A stretch of DNA of 63,745 bases, counting the filler, from Octopus bimaculoides (taxonomy: Eukaryota): assembly GCF_001194135.2 (NCBI RefSeq). It is 7 parts of 6 records of this genome, joined end to end, with 100 filler letters (N's around TTAATTAATTAA, not from the genome) between each part and the next. Parts side by side here need not be neighbours in the genome. Positions count along the whole stretch, not along the records: positions 1 to 26,482 come from NC_068997.1; 6 more parts are not named here. One strand, written 5' to 3'. This document shows, piece by piece, positions 12,520 to 25,160 of this stretch; position 1 is the stretch's first letter; each line of letters starts with the position of its first letter. The notes beneath the pieces were generated by a model, which did no database searches, was not told the origin of the DNA, and saw only the letters and a program-made list of their open reading frames with translations. The position numbers and the translations under genes are program-made.

Positions 12520-13055
12520 CCTCAGTACTTATTTCCGTTAATCCTGGTACTTATGCTATCGGTTGCTTTTGCTGAACCACTAAGTTGTGGGAACGTAAAC
12601 ACATCGACACCGCTTGTCAAGCGATAGTGGGTTTTATTCAAATTTACGAATCTATTGAATATAGATTTATTCAAATTTACGAATCAATTGCATATTTCGG
12701 GCATTTCGTCCGTCTTTATGTTCTGAGTTCAAATTCCACCGTGGTCAACTTCGCCTTTCATCTTTTGGGGTTGATAAATTAAGTACCATTTGAATACTGG
12801 AGTCAATATAATCGACAAGTCCCCTCACCCAATATTTCAGGCCTTGTGCTTGTACTAGAAAGGATTATTAGTATTGTTTTGGGACAGTTGGTTGGCAGAA
12901 TCATTAGAGCGTCGAACAAATTCCTTGCGACATTTCCTGCAGCTCTTTTAATTCTGAGTTCAAATCTCGCCGAGATACCAGTCAGGTACAGGGGTTGAGG
13001 ACATCAACTAAACCTTACTCTCAATACTGCTGGCCTTGAGCCCAGGTTAGAAATG
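12520..13055. mobile_element. SINE cluster: family B fragment (-) and two family C copies (+)
   Basis: B-tail reverse complement at 12520-12625. gttctgagttcaaattcc...ttcgcctttcatc...aagtacc at 12700-12870 and again at 12885-13055. Confidence 0.75.
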
Positions 13056-13269
13056 CTATTTTATGTTTTGTTTTATGAGTGTTTTTATATTATATCATCA
13101 GTGACTAGTTTCCTACTTATGGATCAACCAGAAGGTCATACTTCACTGGTTTCCTGTTGATAAGAAAACATTAGCTAACAACATAAGTATCTAATACAGA
13201 ATGCCTCACAACACTGGAATACTACCAATGAAATCTCTAATGATATTAATGATAATCTATATAATAAAC

Positions 13270-13297
13270 AACAACAATAATAATAATAATAATAATA

Positions 13298-13350
<53 letters not shown>
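13270..13350. repeat. (AAT)n microsatellite
   Basis: Directly visible. Confidence 0.97.
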
Positions 13351-13471
13351 CACATATATAAGGTATACTAGTAACAAAACCACTTCCTGATTGCTGAAAG
13401 GAAGTGTCAAGAATTTAAATATGGAGGCAATGACAGACTTACACACACTCAGACACGTGCGCGCGCGTACA

Positions 13472-13531
<60 letters not shown>

Positions 13532-13760
13532 ACACATACCTCTGCACTCATACAATCTAATGTCATCAACAGAAAGGACATTTTAGAAACTAAACGTGCT
13601 ATAACTCTAGCATCGTCATAAAATGAAACGATTGTAGATATGTAACAATAAGCATAACAAGGATGAGCCCCGGGGCGGCACAATGTCATTAAATCTAATT
13701 ATATAGCTAAGTTATATATAAGTGTCTAGTTTCACATACTCGTGCGCCCACATATCGGCT

Positions 13761-14135
13761 CAGGCGTGGCTGAGTGGTAAAAACTTTGTTTTTCAACTTC
13801 ATGGTTTCGGGTTCAGTCACACTGCGTGACATCCTGAGCAAGTGTTTTACTGTAGCATCGGGCCGACCTGTGAATGGATTTGGTTGACATAAACCGAAAA
13901 AAGTTCGTCGTGTGTGAGTGTGTGTGAGTGTGCGTGTGTGCGCGCGCAAGCGAGTGGGGTGTCTGTCTTTGTCCCCACCACTGCTTGACAAACGGTTCGG
14001 CAAAGGTGACCGCTAGAATAAGTACCAGGCTTAAAATGAAAATGAATACTGGGATCGATTCGTTCAACTAAAATTCTTCAGGGCGGTGCTCCAGCAAGGC
14101 CGCAGTCCAAGGACTAAAACAAGGAGAAAATAAGA
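13761..14135 (+). mobile_element. SINE family B, full length and degenerate
   Basis: Head caggcgtggctgagtggtaa...ggttcagtcacactgcg, central (GT)n, tail gcggtgctccagcaaggccgcagtc. Confidence 0.85.
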
Positions 14136-14778
14136 GATACGCATGTGTGTGTGTATATTTTCTTTAAGCAGCCGAAACCCAGATGCGTTTTATTGCGCCG
14201 CCATCCTCTATGTCCCCTGTCAGCTTTGGTGGACTCTCAGTTTTGTGTTGTGTGTCTCTTTGTTAATAGCATCAATGTAGCTGAGTAGTCTCTGTCCTCA
14301 ATTAGAAAGAAGTTTCGAAAATATAACATCTGTCAAGGCTTCTTGCTCAACACAAAGGCAGTGACCTGCAAACCCTATCATGAGCGGAGTAACAGTAATA
14401 GTTATAAGTGCAATGTATTCATAAATCTCTTTTGTTTCAAGCCGTAAAATATTTTGATCCTCAACGACAAGCCTGCTGTATGTAATATCAAGGTGATTTT
14501 GAAGCTACTTCTTCATATTCAGGTTCCAGTTCCATTCGGAAGTATGCTCTCTAAACTGGCCCTCTTGCCGTCGGCTTTGAGATACTTGATTTCCAGATGT
14601 TTTGGAGTTTCTTACATGTATTCCAGGTTGGTGTCTTACGTGTAAGGAAGTCTTTTTTGAGTTCAGCAATAAAGGACTTCAAGCACTTTAAGTTACATAC
14701 TCCTTGAATTGTGTGGAACAAGTTGACAGCTCGATTTCCCCTTCATTAATGCTCCTGTATTCAGTCTTCTTTTATATT

Positions 14779-14978
14779 AGTTTTAAGTTTTGGCACAAGG
14801 CCAGCAATTTCGGGGGTAGGGGGTAAGTCGGTTACATCAACTCAAGTATTCAACTGGTACTTATTTTATCGACCTCAAAGGATGAAAGGTAAAGTCAACC
14901 TTTACTCAGAACGTAAAGACGGAAGAAATGTTGCTAAGCATTTCGTCCGGCGTGCAAACGTTTCTGCCAGTTCGCTGC
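14779..14978 (-). mobile_element. SINE family C with about 20-bp target-site duplication
   Basis: Flanked by attcagtcttcttttatatt (14759-14778) and attcagtcttctttatatt (14979-14997). Confidence 0.9.
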
Positions 14979-15057
14979 ATTCAGTCTTCTTTATATTGAG
15001 AAATAGACTGACTTAGGCTGCAACATTCTGAAGGGATATTAATAAGTCTTGTACATA

Positions 15058-15262
15058 AGACAGCGAGCTGACAGAATCGTTAGCCGAGCAAAATGCTTTG
15101 CGGCATTTCGTCCGTCTTTAAACTCTGAGTCCAAATACGGCCGAGGTTGACTTTGCTTTCATCCTTTCGGGTTCGATAAAATAAGTATCAGTTGAGCACT
15201 GGGGTGGATGTAATCGACTTGCCCAATCACCCGAAATTACTGGCCTTGTACCAAAATTTTAA
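15058..15262 (+). mobile_element. SINE family C
   Basis: agcgagctgacagaatcgttag...ctgagtccaaat...ccttgtaccaaaattt, with a decayed TSD taagtcttgtacat / taagtctggtgcat. Confidence 0.88.
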
Positions 15263-16431
15263 TCATTAAGTCTGGTGCATCACACAGTTGATGGGCAATG
15301 AAAGGAAGATCCTCGGCATAGTCAAGGTCGGAGAGATAAACGCTCTTCTGTCATCTTGATAACTTCTGCTTGGTGATGAAGTCTTTATCTTGGACGGAAT
15401 CGAGATTTTACCAAAAATATAGACCAGTGTGATCACAAGAAGGAAAGATTCTTGAAGGATTCCACTGTGTTGGAAACTCATTAGCTTTCAAACATGATGG
15501 TGAAGGTTTTGACAATTTCATTCCTAATGCCATAATTCAACAGGATATGTAACTTTGCCTTTCTGATGATTCTATCAAATTGCCTTGGAGAAATCTTTAA
15601 CTATGAATGATACTTCTGTGTTGAGATTCTGAATTTTCTATAATCCTTCTAAGAGCAAGGATCTGTAATAGTGTTGATCTTCCTGTGGAAGCTATTTTGG
15701 TTCTTTCTAACAATAGGATCAATGTGAAAGGAAAATCTATGAAGGAGTATAGGATTTCCTAGGTTTTTAAGAGAGTGTGATTCCAGTGTAACGCTGAGGC
15801 AGGTGACGATCATCTTTCTGTACAAGTATATCGAAGACTTTCTGTAGAATAATTGAAGACTTCAGAGAGTTTTTGTTTTGTTCCCTAAGTAACGTTACAG
15901 AAGTCTAACAAATGTACGTGGAAGAGAGAACTCCTATGCTTGACAACTGGAATGCTATCTGGGCATAATGTCTTGTTTCTTAACTTTTTTTAATGCGATT
16001 TTTAAATACTTCTATGATGAATGAGCCAATCCGGATCAGCAGGCGATCTTCTATTTCGTTGTTGAAGAAAGGTTCACCGTCAAGTTTAGTGTTGCATAGC
16101 TTTGTGCTATCAAGTAGGAACCTAAAGTGCTGAAACTAGATATCTAGATGTTGTTCAGTAGTTTCCTCCACAGTGTGGATCACTGGAGAAGCTTTCTCTC
16201 TAAGTTCCCTCAGATATACATATAATACCACCAATAGATACTGTGTAGCCTGAGAACCCCGTTGTCAGACCACTGGTACGCTTAATCTTTAATTTAAACG
16301 ATCAAACTTACGATGATGCTGTTGTGTATTATTTATCAGTTGTGCAGTTTACAGCAGACGCAGGGTTCAAATTCCACCGGAATGTTACAACTGTTTTTCC
16401 CATTTTCATGTATCAGCATGCATCCACGCGT

Positions 16432-16668
16432 GTGGAAGCGCGTGGATTAGTGGTTAGAGTGTTGCACGCATCACCATGGAGATGCTGTTTCAACCGGGCG
16501 ATGAGTTTTGTTCGTGAGTAAAACCCTTTATTTTACGTTACTTTAATCCACTCAGCTCATAAAAATGAATAATCTTGCGACGGACCGGCGTCCCGTCCAG
16601 AAGAATATACATGCCATAGAATCCAGGAAATCGGCATTCTGAGCCTATAGCTCGGGAAGGAGCTTTCA
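16432..16668 (+). mobile_element. SINE, family A-type tRNA head with a different 3' body
   Basis: gtggaagcgcgtggattagtggttagagtgttgcac head. Confidence 0.7.
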
Positions 16669-17552
16669 TCGTTTTTGATATATATGTCTGTGTATGTATG
16701 TACATATATATACATTTATATATGTATATATNNNNNNNNNNNNNNNNNNNNNNNNNNNNNNNNNNNNNNNNNNNNNNNNNNNNNNNNNNNNNNNNNNNNN
16801 NNNNNNNNNNNNNNNNNNNNNNNNNNNNNNNNNNNNNNNNNNNNNNNNNNNNNNNNNNNNNNNNNNNNNNNNNNNNNNNNNNNNNNNNNNNNNNNNNNNN
16901 NNNNNNNNNNNNNNNNNNNNNNATATATATATATATATATACACACATATATAATGAATGCACTTATCCCAAATGTATTATTATGTTTGTACATAAGTTT
17001 ATGCAGTTTCCTAAAATGCACATATGCATATAATCAATGAGCAATGAATATGCATATGTTTAATATATGAGCATTATGCATCCATCACGTTTGTCAATGA
17101 ATATGTAAGACATGCATAGGGACATACGGGATCCCTATTAACACGCTACTGATTAGCAAGTCAAATTTCGTGTCTTCAAATAAAGTGTTAGTCAAAAGTC
17201 GACCATCCCTACAGCACAAAGTGAAATCTTTTAGTATTATTGCTATAGTCGTAGTGGTTCTATTATGTGATTTTATTATTGTTAGTCATATTGTTCCTCC
17301 TACTTTATACATCAGCTTCTAATCGATTGCCTTTTTTTCTAAACTTCTATTTATTTTTCTGATCAGGGTAAGAAGTTGATGCAGTTGTGTGATCTGAGTT
17401 AAGCGATGACTAAAACTCTGTGCTTGGCGTCTGGAATATTGTTTGGTAGTCACAACCAACCCTTCCGCGTTACAAGTGAGGAACTATGGCTAATTGCTAG
17501 AAATCCCTAGTCTGACAGTGAATTTGGTGCCAGTTCGAGACACTCTACAGAC

Positions 17553-17984
17553 ATGGAAATACCGTCAGTAGAGCTTGTCGGATATGCGCACAGAGTGATG
17601 AAGTCGTTCTATACTGACTCGTTCGTTGTTCAAGCGTTGCTGGGACTTTTGGATTTCTCTCAAATAGCTATTATTAAGTTCAAGACGGATTCGGCTACCG
17701 ACCGATTTCATCGTGGTGATCTTCCCATCACTTTCTTTTATCCGAAACGTGTAGGCTGTTTCCCTCTGTCTAGTAGCTATAACGAAGAAATGGCACAGTG
17801 GATGCGAATGAAAGGACGAAAGGATGAATATCTCCCTCTTCTGCCAAACATTAATCGACTTTTTCACGTTCCACTTGTAGAGAAAGAATGGCTAGGGAGG
17901 TGGTACCTCTCGAAAATTTGTCAAAGGTGGGCTAAAAGTGGTGAATGGCTCCCCTCTCAGTATGTACTTTATGCTGAGAAATGA
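17553..17984 (+). CDS. unassigned 143-aa ORF in non-repetitive sequence
   Basis: Longest gap-free, non-microsatellite ORF with ordinary amino-acid composition that I could not assign; no recognisable motif. Confidence 0.2.
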   Translation: MEIPSVELVGYAHRVMKSFYTDSFVVQALLGLLDFSQIAIIKFKTDSATDRFHRGDLPITFFYPKRVGCFPLSSSYNEEMAQWMRMKGRKDEYLPLLPNINRLFHVPLVEKEWLGRWYLSKICQRWAKSGEWLPSQYVLYAEK

Positions 17985-18199
17985 CACTTGCCTTTAGTGG
18001 TTAAAGTACTTTTAGTTCCATGAGGTTCTTTGATTGGCCTTAGGCTCTGTTCCCCCCATTGGGGATTTCTTCCTTGTTAGTTTAACGTTATTTGTTGTTG
18101 TTTATTTTCCTTTTCCACCCGATGTAAACTTCACTGTTTCGTATCAGGTGCTTAGTGCTGTCCCGACGTCTTGAGCCCTCACTCGGTCGATGCCCTCTA

Positions 18200-19920
18200 G
18201 TCGTCATCCAATTAGAGCAGTAGAGAAAATGTTGAGAAAACACGAAAGCGATGGAACATTTTCTAAGAATCAATCCAAAGAAGCGAAGAATAGAATGCTG
18301 AACATTTGGAATGAATGGCTCCCGAAAAAAAGAACAGGGCATCGAAAGACCAATTAATGATCGACAAGATGGTTGTCAGGAATTGCAGAAAGAGACTGAC
18401 AAATTTAGGCATCGCAAGAATGGATGAAACGGGGCCAAGAACTGAAAAAGATCCCGAAAAGACGAAAGCAGAGTCGATCCTGGTGGTATTTGAACTTAGA
18501 ACATAAAATGTGACGTAACATTGGAGAGGAGAGTCAACATTTGGAGAGGAAAATTAGCAAGAATCTTTCAAGGGGCCAACCTCTCCTATCTTGTTTGCAA
18601 TCAAGCTAAATCCCTTTGTTGGTTATTTTAAAGAATATTCACTGGTAAAGGAAAGGGGAAAAGCGAGTCATCTTCTAATTATGGATGATTTAAAGTTTTA
18701 CAGCTTAAGACAAAAATCAATTGCATTCCTTTGTGCAAACCTTAAGAATATTTACTAGCGACATTGGAAAGACATTCGGAATCGAGAAATGTGCTATGAT
18801 AGGGATGAAGCGGGGGAAAATCCATAAAAAGTATTGGAATAAAGCTACCTAATGATGATAATAGGAAGAAACTCCCAATGAAGAGAAACATACATCCCCA
18901 ATCAGATGTGGACTGGTTATACTAAAAGAGAGCAGAAGGAGGAAGACGGTGAGTAAGTGTGGATGAGAGAGTAGAACTAGGGAAGACGAGTTTAAGTTTC
19001 TATTTGGAAGGAAATGGAAAACATTCTCGTTTATGAGTTGATAAATGAAGGACGACTTACAGAATTCGTAAAACCCGAAAAGAAAAAATAGAAAATGTGG
19101 AATGGAGGAAATCAGTCTTTGAATGAGAGAAGACTCAATCGGTGTTTCCGAGAAGAAATAAGAGATGAGGGAAGAGAAGAACAGCTGATTCTTGTTTTAA
19201 AAGAACTGTTGAAGAAAGGTACTGAGGAAAGGGTTTTTGGCAGCACAAAACAGGCCCTAAGGGTAAATTGAACCGAAACGATGATAAATCGATAGGACTG
19301 TTCACCTTCATATAGAATGTGCAGTTATTCAGATGAGACTGCAGCTCACATTGTGTGGGAAATCTTCTGTTACCTCAGAACTTATGCAAAAAGTGTAGGT
19401 ATGATAAGATGGTTGTAATATTTCATTATAATTTTTGTAAGAAATTTGGTTTTTCACGCACAGAAAAAAGTCATGACCGTTTTGTGGAAATAGAAATGAG
19501 AGAAAATTGTTAAATGAGGTCGTTGTGGGACTTTACTAAGCAAACCGAAAGAAGAACTGAACAAAAAAGACTGGTTATTGTAGCCGTTGATAAGAAAAGA
19601 AACTATGTATTGTAATCAATGTGGAATGCTTATTTGATACCAGATTTATAAAATAGAAGGAAAAGTAAAAGTAAAGTATTATAACAACTTGAACAGTTAA
19701 GAGCAAAGCTTGGAAAACTTGGTCTTAATCTTGAACTGGGTGCAGTATAGAGAACCACTAGGTTCGGTAAGAATTATACTTTATGTTTATAACTCAATTC
19801 CCAGTAGAAGTAGATATGGAGAGAAGAAAATATCTGGAAGGTACAAAATGCTCTTTATTCTAGACCATGAGCTGTGGTTCGATAGAAAGCATTATTAAAA
19901 CGGGTACGCCAATATCGCAA
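18200..19920 (+). mobile_element. Dong/R4-clade (restriction-like endonuclease) LINE, 5'-truncated and heavily degraded
   Basis: Fragments in order: KDQLMIDKMVVRNCRKRLTNLGIA, QG..LSP.LF, MDDLK, FGIEKCA, HPQSDVD..Y..R.EGGR, CRMC..ET, WDF...T.R..E, followed by a (GAT)n tail. Confidence 0.85.
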
Positions 19921-19930
19921 GATCATGATG

Positions 19931-19962
<32 letters not shown>

Positions 19963-20869
19963 CATCATCATCATCATCATCATGAAGAACAATAGATTCA
20001 GTTATTGTTGTCGTTATTAATATTTTTTATTTCAAACAATGTCAGATTTTGCCTAATCTTCACTGTTCACAAAGCTGGAGCATCATCCCCTAATGTGGCG
20101 AGCTTGTCACCATAAATGTACTCGGGTCTAAACCCTTTTTCTGCATGTGCTTAATAACTACACAATGCCAAATTTGGTCCATTTTCAAGAGAAGTCGCTT
20201 TTAGTTACTTTTTTGAACAGTAAGGTGTCAGTTTACCTGGAAAGAAACAATGCAGTTTTTAATAATTAATGTTGAAATAATTGCATGCAAGATTTCACAG
20301 CTCAAGAATCCCTCCGTCACAGTGAGCCTATGATCTTTTCAGTCCACCCTCGTATACGAAATCCAATGTACTCATTATGACTACCTGTCTGATAAGGTAT
20401 ACTAGGCACATGCATCACAGCCATATACGCGTGATATAGTGACCTCATATCAAGATAAACATCGCTTGACCTTTCAGTTGGGGGCCGAGTTAGAATTTTC
20501 TTCGAATCCAGTAGCCCATCCCACTCAAAAGGTTCCTGAATAAGGTTTGTTTAAGAACGATGAACGAAACACTCGTTTTCAGACGTGAGTAATTCAAACC
20601 CCAAAGTATTCCTCTCAGCACATGGCTATGATGCTCCCCAACTACTTCTACTCGTGATCAGAGATGCACATATCGTCAGCCACCAAGGGACATGCTCAAC
20701 TGGTGAAGATCAAGCAACTGACAAGCAAATCTGTGGTATTAAGCAGAATATTTGCTGTAGCCTATATTTTATACCAAGACAAAACATGTACATGAAGACA
20801 CTTCCAATCAGTTAAGAACTGAAGCCATGAGAACCACTGTTTGGTACTGCATCAGGGCATCAGCGCTAT

Positions 20870-20915
20870 CATCCTCATCATCATCATCATCATCATTATC
20901 ATTATTATCATCATC

Positions 20916-20983
<68 letters not shown>

Positions 20984-20988
20984 CATTA

Positions 20989-21061
<73 letters not shown>
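20870..21061. repeat. (ATC)n-(ATT)n microsatellite; tail and target of the adjacent Dong element
   Basis: Directly visible and abuts the element 3' UTR. Confidence 0.95.
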
Positions 21062-21063
<2 letters not shown>

Positions 21064-21973
21064 CTTTGTAACACAGTGTAGGTAAAAGTGCACCGGAGTC
21101 TTTAGTCATCTGTCAAGTCACAACAAGAACTTCAGATAGATAATACTTTCCTTAAGATGTCCACTGTGCCCAATAAGGCTGCTCTTTGCAAGACATCAAT
21201 CTTGCATGGGATTTCTAGTTGCCTTAAGAAATCTTGAAGTTTCAATGGGATTGAGTCCAACGCTCCGATCACCACTCGTATCACTTTTACATTACCCTCT
21301 CACATCTTATACATTCTTGCCATTTCCACTTTCAATTCGGAGTACTTGGTGAATTTTTCACCTCTTTACTCACAACATTCATGTCATTTGGTATGGCTAC
21401 ATCTATGATCTGACAGTATTTGTCTCTTTTATTCACTATGACAATATCCGACCGACGGTGTTCGATTAAACGATCCGTCTGAAAATCATAGTCCCAGAGT
21501 ATCGTTACTTTTCCATCCTCCTGCATAACTTTACTTGGTACACGCTCATACCAGTTCTCTGTGACTTCATATTGGTATTTACGGCATAAAAACCTATTAA
21601 GATACACACACACTATCGTGGCGGCGCTTGCAATCTTTTTGTGCAAGGCTCTCACATCCATTCACCAAGTGGGTCACATTTTCCACACTCTTTCCTCAGA
21701 GTCTGCATTTCTGGGTGTCAGAAATTTTATAGATGTTATACTTCACTGACTTGGTAGTGAGAGCTTGGTCTTGTGCAGCAATGATCAGGCTTTCGGTGGT
21801 ACGCTTCAAATCACCTCGCTCAAGCCATGCGCACGATGCTGTATTATCCTTAACGTCCTGTGTATTCCTTTCAAACTGTCCATACATTCTCATTTCAGGA
21901 AAGTCTTCTTTTCTCTTCTTCTCAGATCTTTGGTTAAACTCTTCCTTGCCCATCATTTCATCTGCATTTACAC
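21062..21973 (-). mobile_element. Dong/R4 LINE 3' segment (CCHC finger, RLE endonuclease, 3' UTR)
   Basis: MYGQF...ESLIIAAQDQAL...KCRL; WDYDFQTDRLIEHRRSDIVIV...IIDVAIP (PD..D endonuclease); VVIGAL...LQRAALLGTVDILRKVL*; then (TAA)n. Confidence 0.93.
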
Positions 21974-23129
21974 GGGAATATTGTGGGGAAACTACCGTCC
22001 CATAGCATGCCTAAATATAATCTTGAAGATACTCAATGGAATATGTGCGGCAAAGACATATATTTTCCTGGCACAGGAAGGAATATTACTGAGGGAACAA
22101 AAAGGATGTAAGAAGAGTTCTCAGGTTACCAAGGATCACTTGGTCTTGGATAAAACAATTTTGAGGCATAGTAAAAAAAAAACATCACACAAACATTTAT
22201 ATGGCTTGGATTGACTTTAAGAATGATGCCTCATTCTTGGATTGTTGAATGTCTGCAGATGTTTGATGTTGCTGACAACATCACAAATTTTCTGATGCAT
22301 AGCATAAAAGAGTGGGAAAGTAAATTGTACTCAAGTAATGTATTCCTAGGAGAAGTTAATATTAAAAGGGGCATCTCCCAAGGTGACTCGTTTTCTCTGT
22401 ACTATTTGTAATTGCACTAATACCAATAACAATGACACTTAGGAACGTTAAGGTGGGTTACCGATGTGGAAAGAAAAAATGAAGTTTTTTGCTACTTGTT
22501 GACCTGAAATTGTTTGAGAAATCTGAAAAACAAATAGATTCCTTAACCAAAACAGTCCAAAAGTGTGGTAGGGACATCGGTATGGAACTTGGGGTTACCA
22601 AATGCTCAGTATTTAATATGAGAAGAGGGAAGAAAGCAGCCTGCAGACGATTGCGGCTACCATTAGGAGAGACCATGGGGAACCCGACGGTAGTGGGTAT
22701 AGATATTTAGGGATTGTGGAGCTGGATGACATTCTACACAGAGAAATGAAAGTCAAGATCAGCGAGGCATATCAAAAAAGGATGAAGATGGTGTTGAAAT
22801 CCAGCCTGAATGCCAAAATTTGATTGCCGCAATGAATATCTGGGCAGTTGTGGTGGTCAGATATAGTGCGTCCATCCTCAAATATATTAAGGAGGAAATA
22901 TCAACACTGGATAGAAGGACGCGAAAGTTGATGACGCTGCATTGGGCCCTATACCCTAAAACAAACGTAAACAGACTGTATATGAAAAGAAAGAATGGTG
23001 GTAGAGGACTAATTAGTATAGACCATTGTATAAAGGAGCGAAAGGAGAACGCTTGCCAAGTATTTGATAAATAGTGATGAAGACCTGCTGCAATATGCCG
23101 TGAAAGATATGGGTGTTAATGCAGATGAA

Positions 23130-23131
<2 letters not shown>
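21974..23131 (+). mobile_element. Dong/R4 LINE RT segment, inverted relative to its own 3' segment
   Basis: GNYRPIACL...EQKGCKK...KDHLVLDK; MPHSWIVECL; KRGISQGDS; DLKLF; LDRRTRKLMTLHWALYPKTNVNRLYMKRKNGGRGLIS; ends LLQYAVKDMGVNADE. Confidence 0.93.

Positions 23132-23200
<69 letters not shown>
23131..23200. repeat. (TTA)n microsatellite flanking the inverted Dong segment
   Basis: Directly visible. Confidence 0.97.
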
Positions 23201-23869
23201 GTAATATAATAGAAGTGATAACCTTCTAATGAAGTTCTTTGCTACTTGTTGTTGTCGCTGTTGGTTTGTTGGTGGTGATGTTGATGACAATATTGAAAGA
23301 AATAAAAATTTCTATAAATTCGCAGTTCCAATATTGGAATTTTTCAAGCATAAAATATCATACTTCACTTAATGCTAGTTACACACGCACGAAGCATATA
23401 CACGCGCACACATAAACATATATAATTATATATTTGTGTGGGTGTGTGTGTGTATGTGTGTGTGTGTGTGTGTTAGTACATAGGTTATATATGCTCCCAA
23501 TGCTATACTATTTCTATATGTATATTAAAAATATTACTTGTGTGTGTGTGGGTGAGTGGGTGGAGTGTGTGCATAAATCGATAACATATATTCTATAGAT
23601 TATTTGTATTACATATGAAGAAAATATATTACAATACAACACCCTCCTTATAAATGATTAACACTCGACTAAATATCACATTCTCATAAATGTTAGGCCT
23701 CACAACTTTGGCTGACTTTTCTTGGCTAGCATATATGAGGGGTTTTTTTTTTTTTGTTTTTGGGAATAGCGAACAATTCATCTCTAAACTATTGCTGTTC
23801 ATTCTGTACAAAGCACAAATGCTGCTCACAACTGAGTGACTAGTTATATAGTGAAAATTTACTATTTAG

Positions 23870-24350
23870 TGTATGCGCGTGTGCGTGTGTCTGTATATAT
23901 GTGTGTCTTTGTGTGTCTTGTGTGTATATATATATATATGTGTGTGTCTTTGTTTCTGTGTGTGTGTGTGTGTTTTGAGTGTGTGTATGTTTGTGTTTGT
24001 GTGTGCATGTGTACGTGTGTATCTGTATGTGTCTGTGCCTGTGTGTGTACCTATGTGTTGTGCGTGTGTTTGTGTGTATGTCATTGTGTGTGTATGTGTC
24101 TTTGTGTGTGTATGTGTCTTTGTGTGTGTGTCTTTGTGTCTGTGTCTGTGTGTATGTGTGTGTTGTGTCTTTGCGTCTGCGTGGGTGTGCTTACGTCCCT
24201 TTAACTTAGCACTTCGGTAAAAATGACCGATAGAATAAGTACCGAGCTTTTAAAAAAATAAATATTGGAGTTGATTTGTTCTACTACAATCCTTCAAGGC
24301 AGTGCCCCAGCATGACCGCAATCTAATGACTAAAACAAGTAAAGGCTAAG
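23870..24350 (+). repeat. long degenerate (TG)n tract followed by a SINE family B 3' half
   Basis: TG-rich 23870-24190, then ttacgtccctttaacttagc...accgatagaataagtacc...gcagtgccccagcatg. Confidence 0.85.
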
Positions 24351-25160
24351 AGATAAGCGATAGACCTGTGCGCCAACAAAGGCCAAGGTAAAGAACTTGA
24401 ATATTTACCTATATGTACGGTCTTTGTACATAAGTGTACCGATCAATAACAAACCTTAATTTCTACAAAACTGAGAGAAATCTATTCTAAAATGTCCAAT
24501 ATAATATTTAATGATTTCAGATCTATGACGATTGTGTATGAGATAGATAGTTTCAACAAGTTGTTTTTCTTGATTCATGAGCCTGACTACTAAAACTAGG
24601 ATAGATATGTCATGTTGCTTTATGTAATAGGTTCTAGGTGCCAGCTTTCGTGTAACTTTGACTGAATGAAAAGAGGAGACAACTTAGTTGTCAAATGGTG
24701 TTTATTTGAAAGGATCTTCCATTAAGAAGTTAATGTAAGCCCTTTAAAGTGCTTTGATAAATTTACAAAGAACTGAGTATGCTTTAAATAACACTTTGTA
24801 TACAAGTGTTATTTACAGCGTTTATTTAACATGCATGAGTCAAGGACACATGTTAATTCTGAGGCTAATCTATTACAAATTGTTTGATGAAATATTTAAC
24901 GAATTCAAAGGCATGGTTATTGTCTACGAGATAGAAAGGAAACAGAATTGACAAAGATTTGAAAAACATCTTGGTGAATATCTTATTAATTCCGAAACTT
25001 TAATACACGCGCTCACACACACACACAGGCGCGCTCACATACGCTCAACATGCACGCATGTATACTTGCACATAGATATACAAACATATATGTATGTGTG
25101 TGTGTGTGTAAGAGAGAGAGTGAGAGAGAGAGAGAGAGAAAATGGAATTCACGAGACTAT

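Larger units (their letters stand above)
14450..16290 (-). mobile_element. RTE-clade LINE remnant (RT and downstream region), interrupted by two SINEs
   Basis: Minus-strand fragments RKNQNSF, SKAFDRIIRKAKLHILLNYGI, SGILQ, VYLSDLDYAEDL (YADD region) and KDFLTRKTPTWNTCKKLQNIWKS follow RTE ORF order, with many stops and frameshifts. Confidence 0.8.

Noticed and set aside
12632-12695. About 32-bp tandem duplication ttattcaaatttacgaatc
   Set aside because: Two-copy local duplication between SINE fragments with no further structure.
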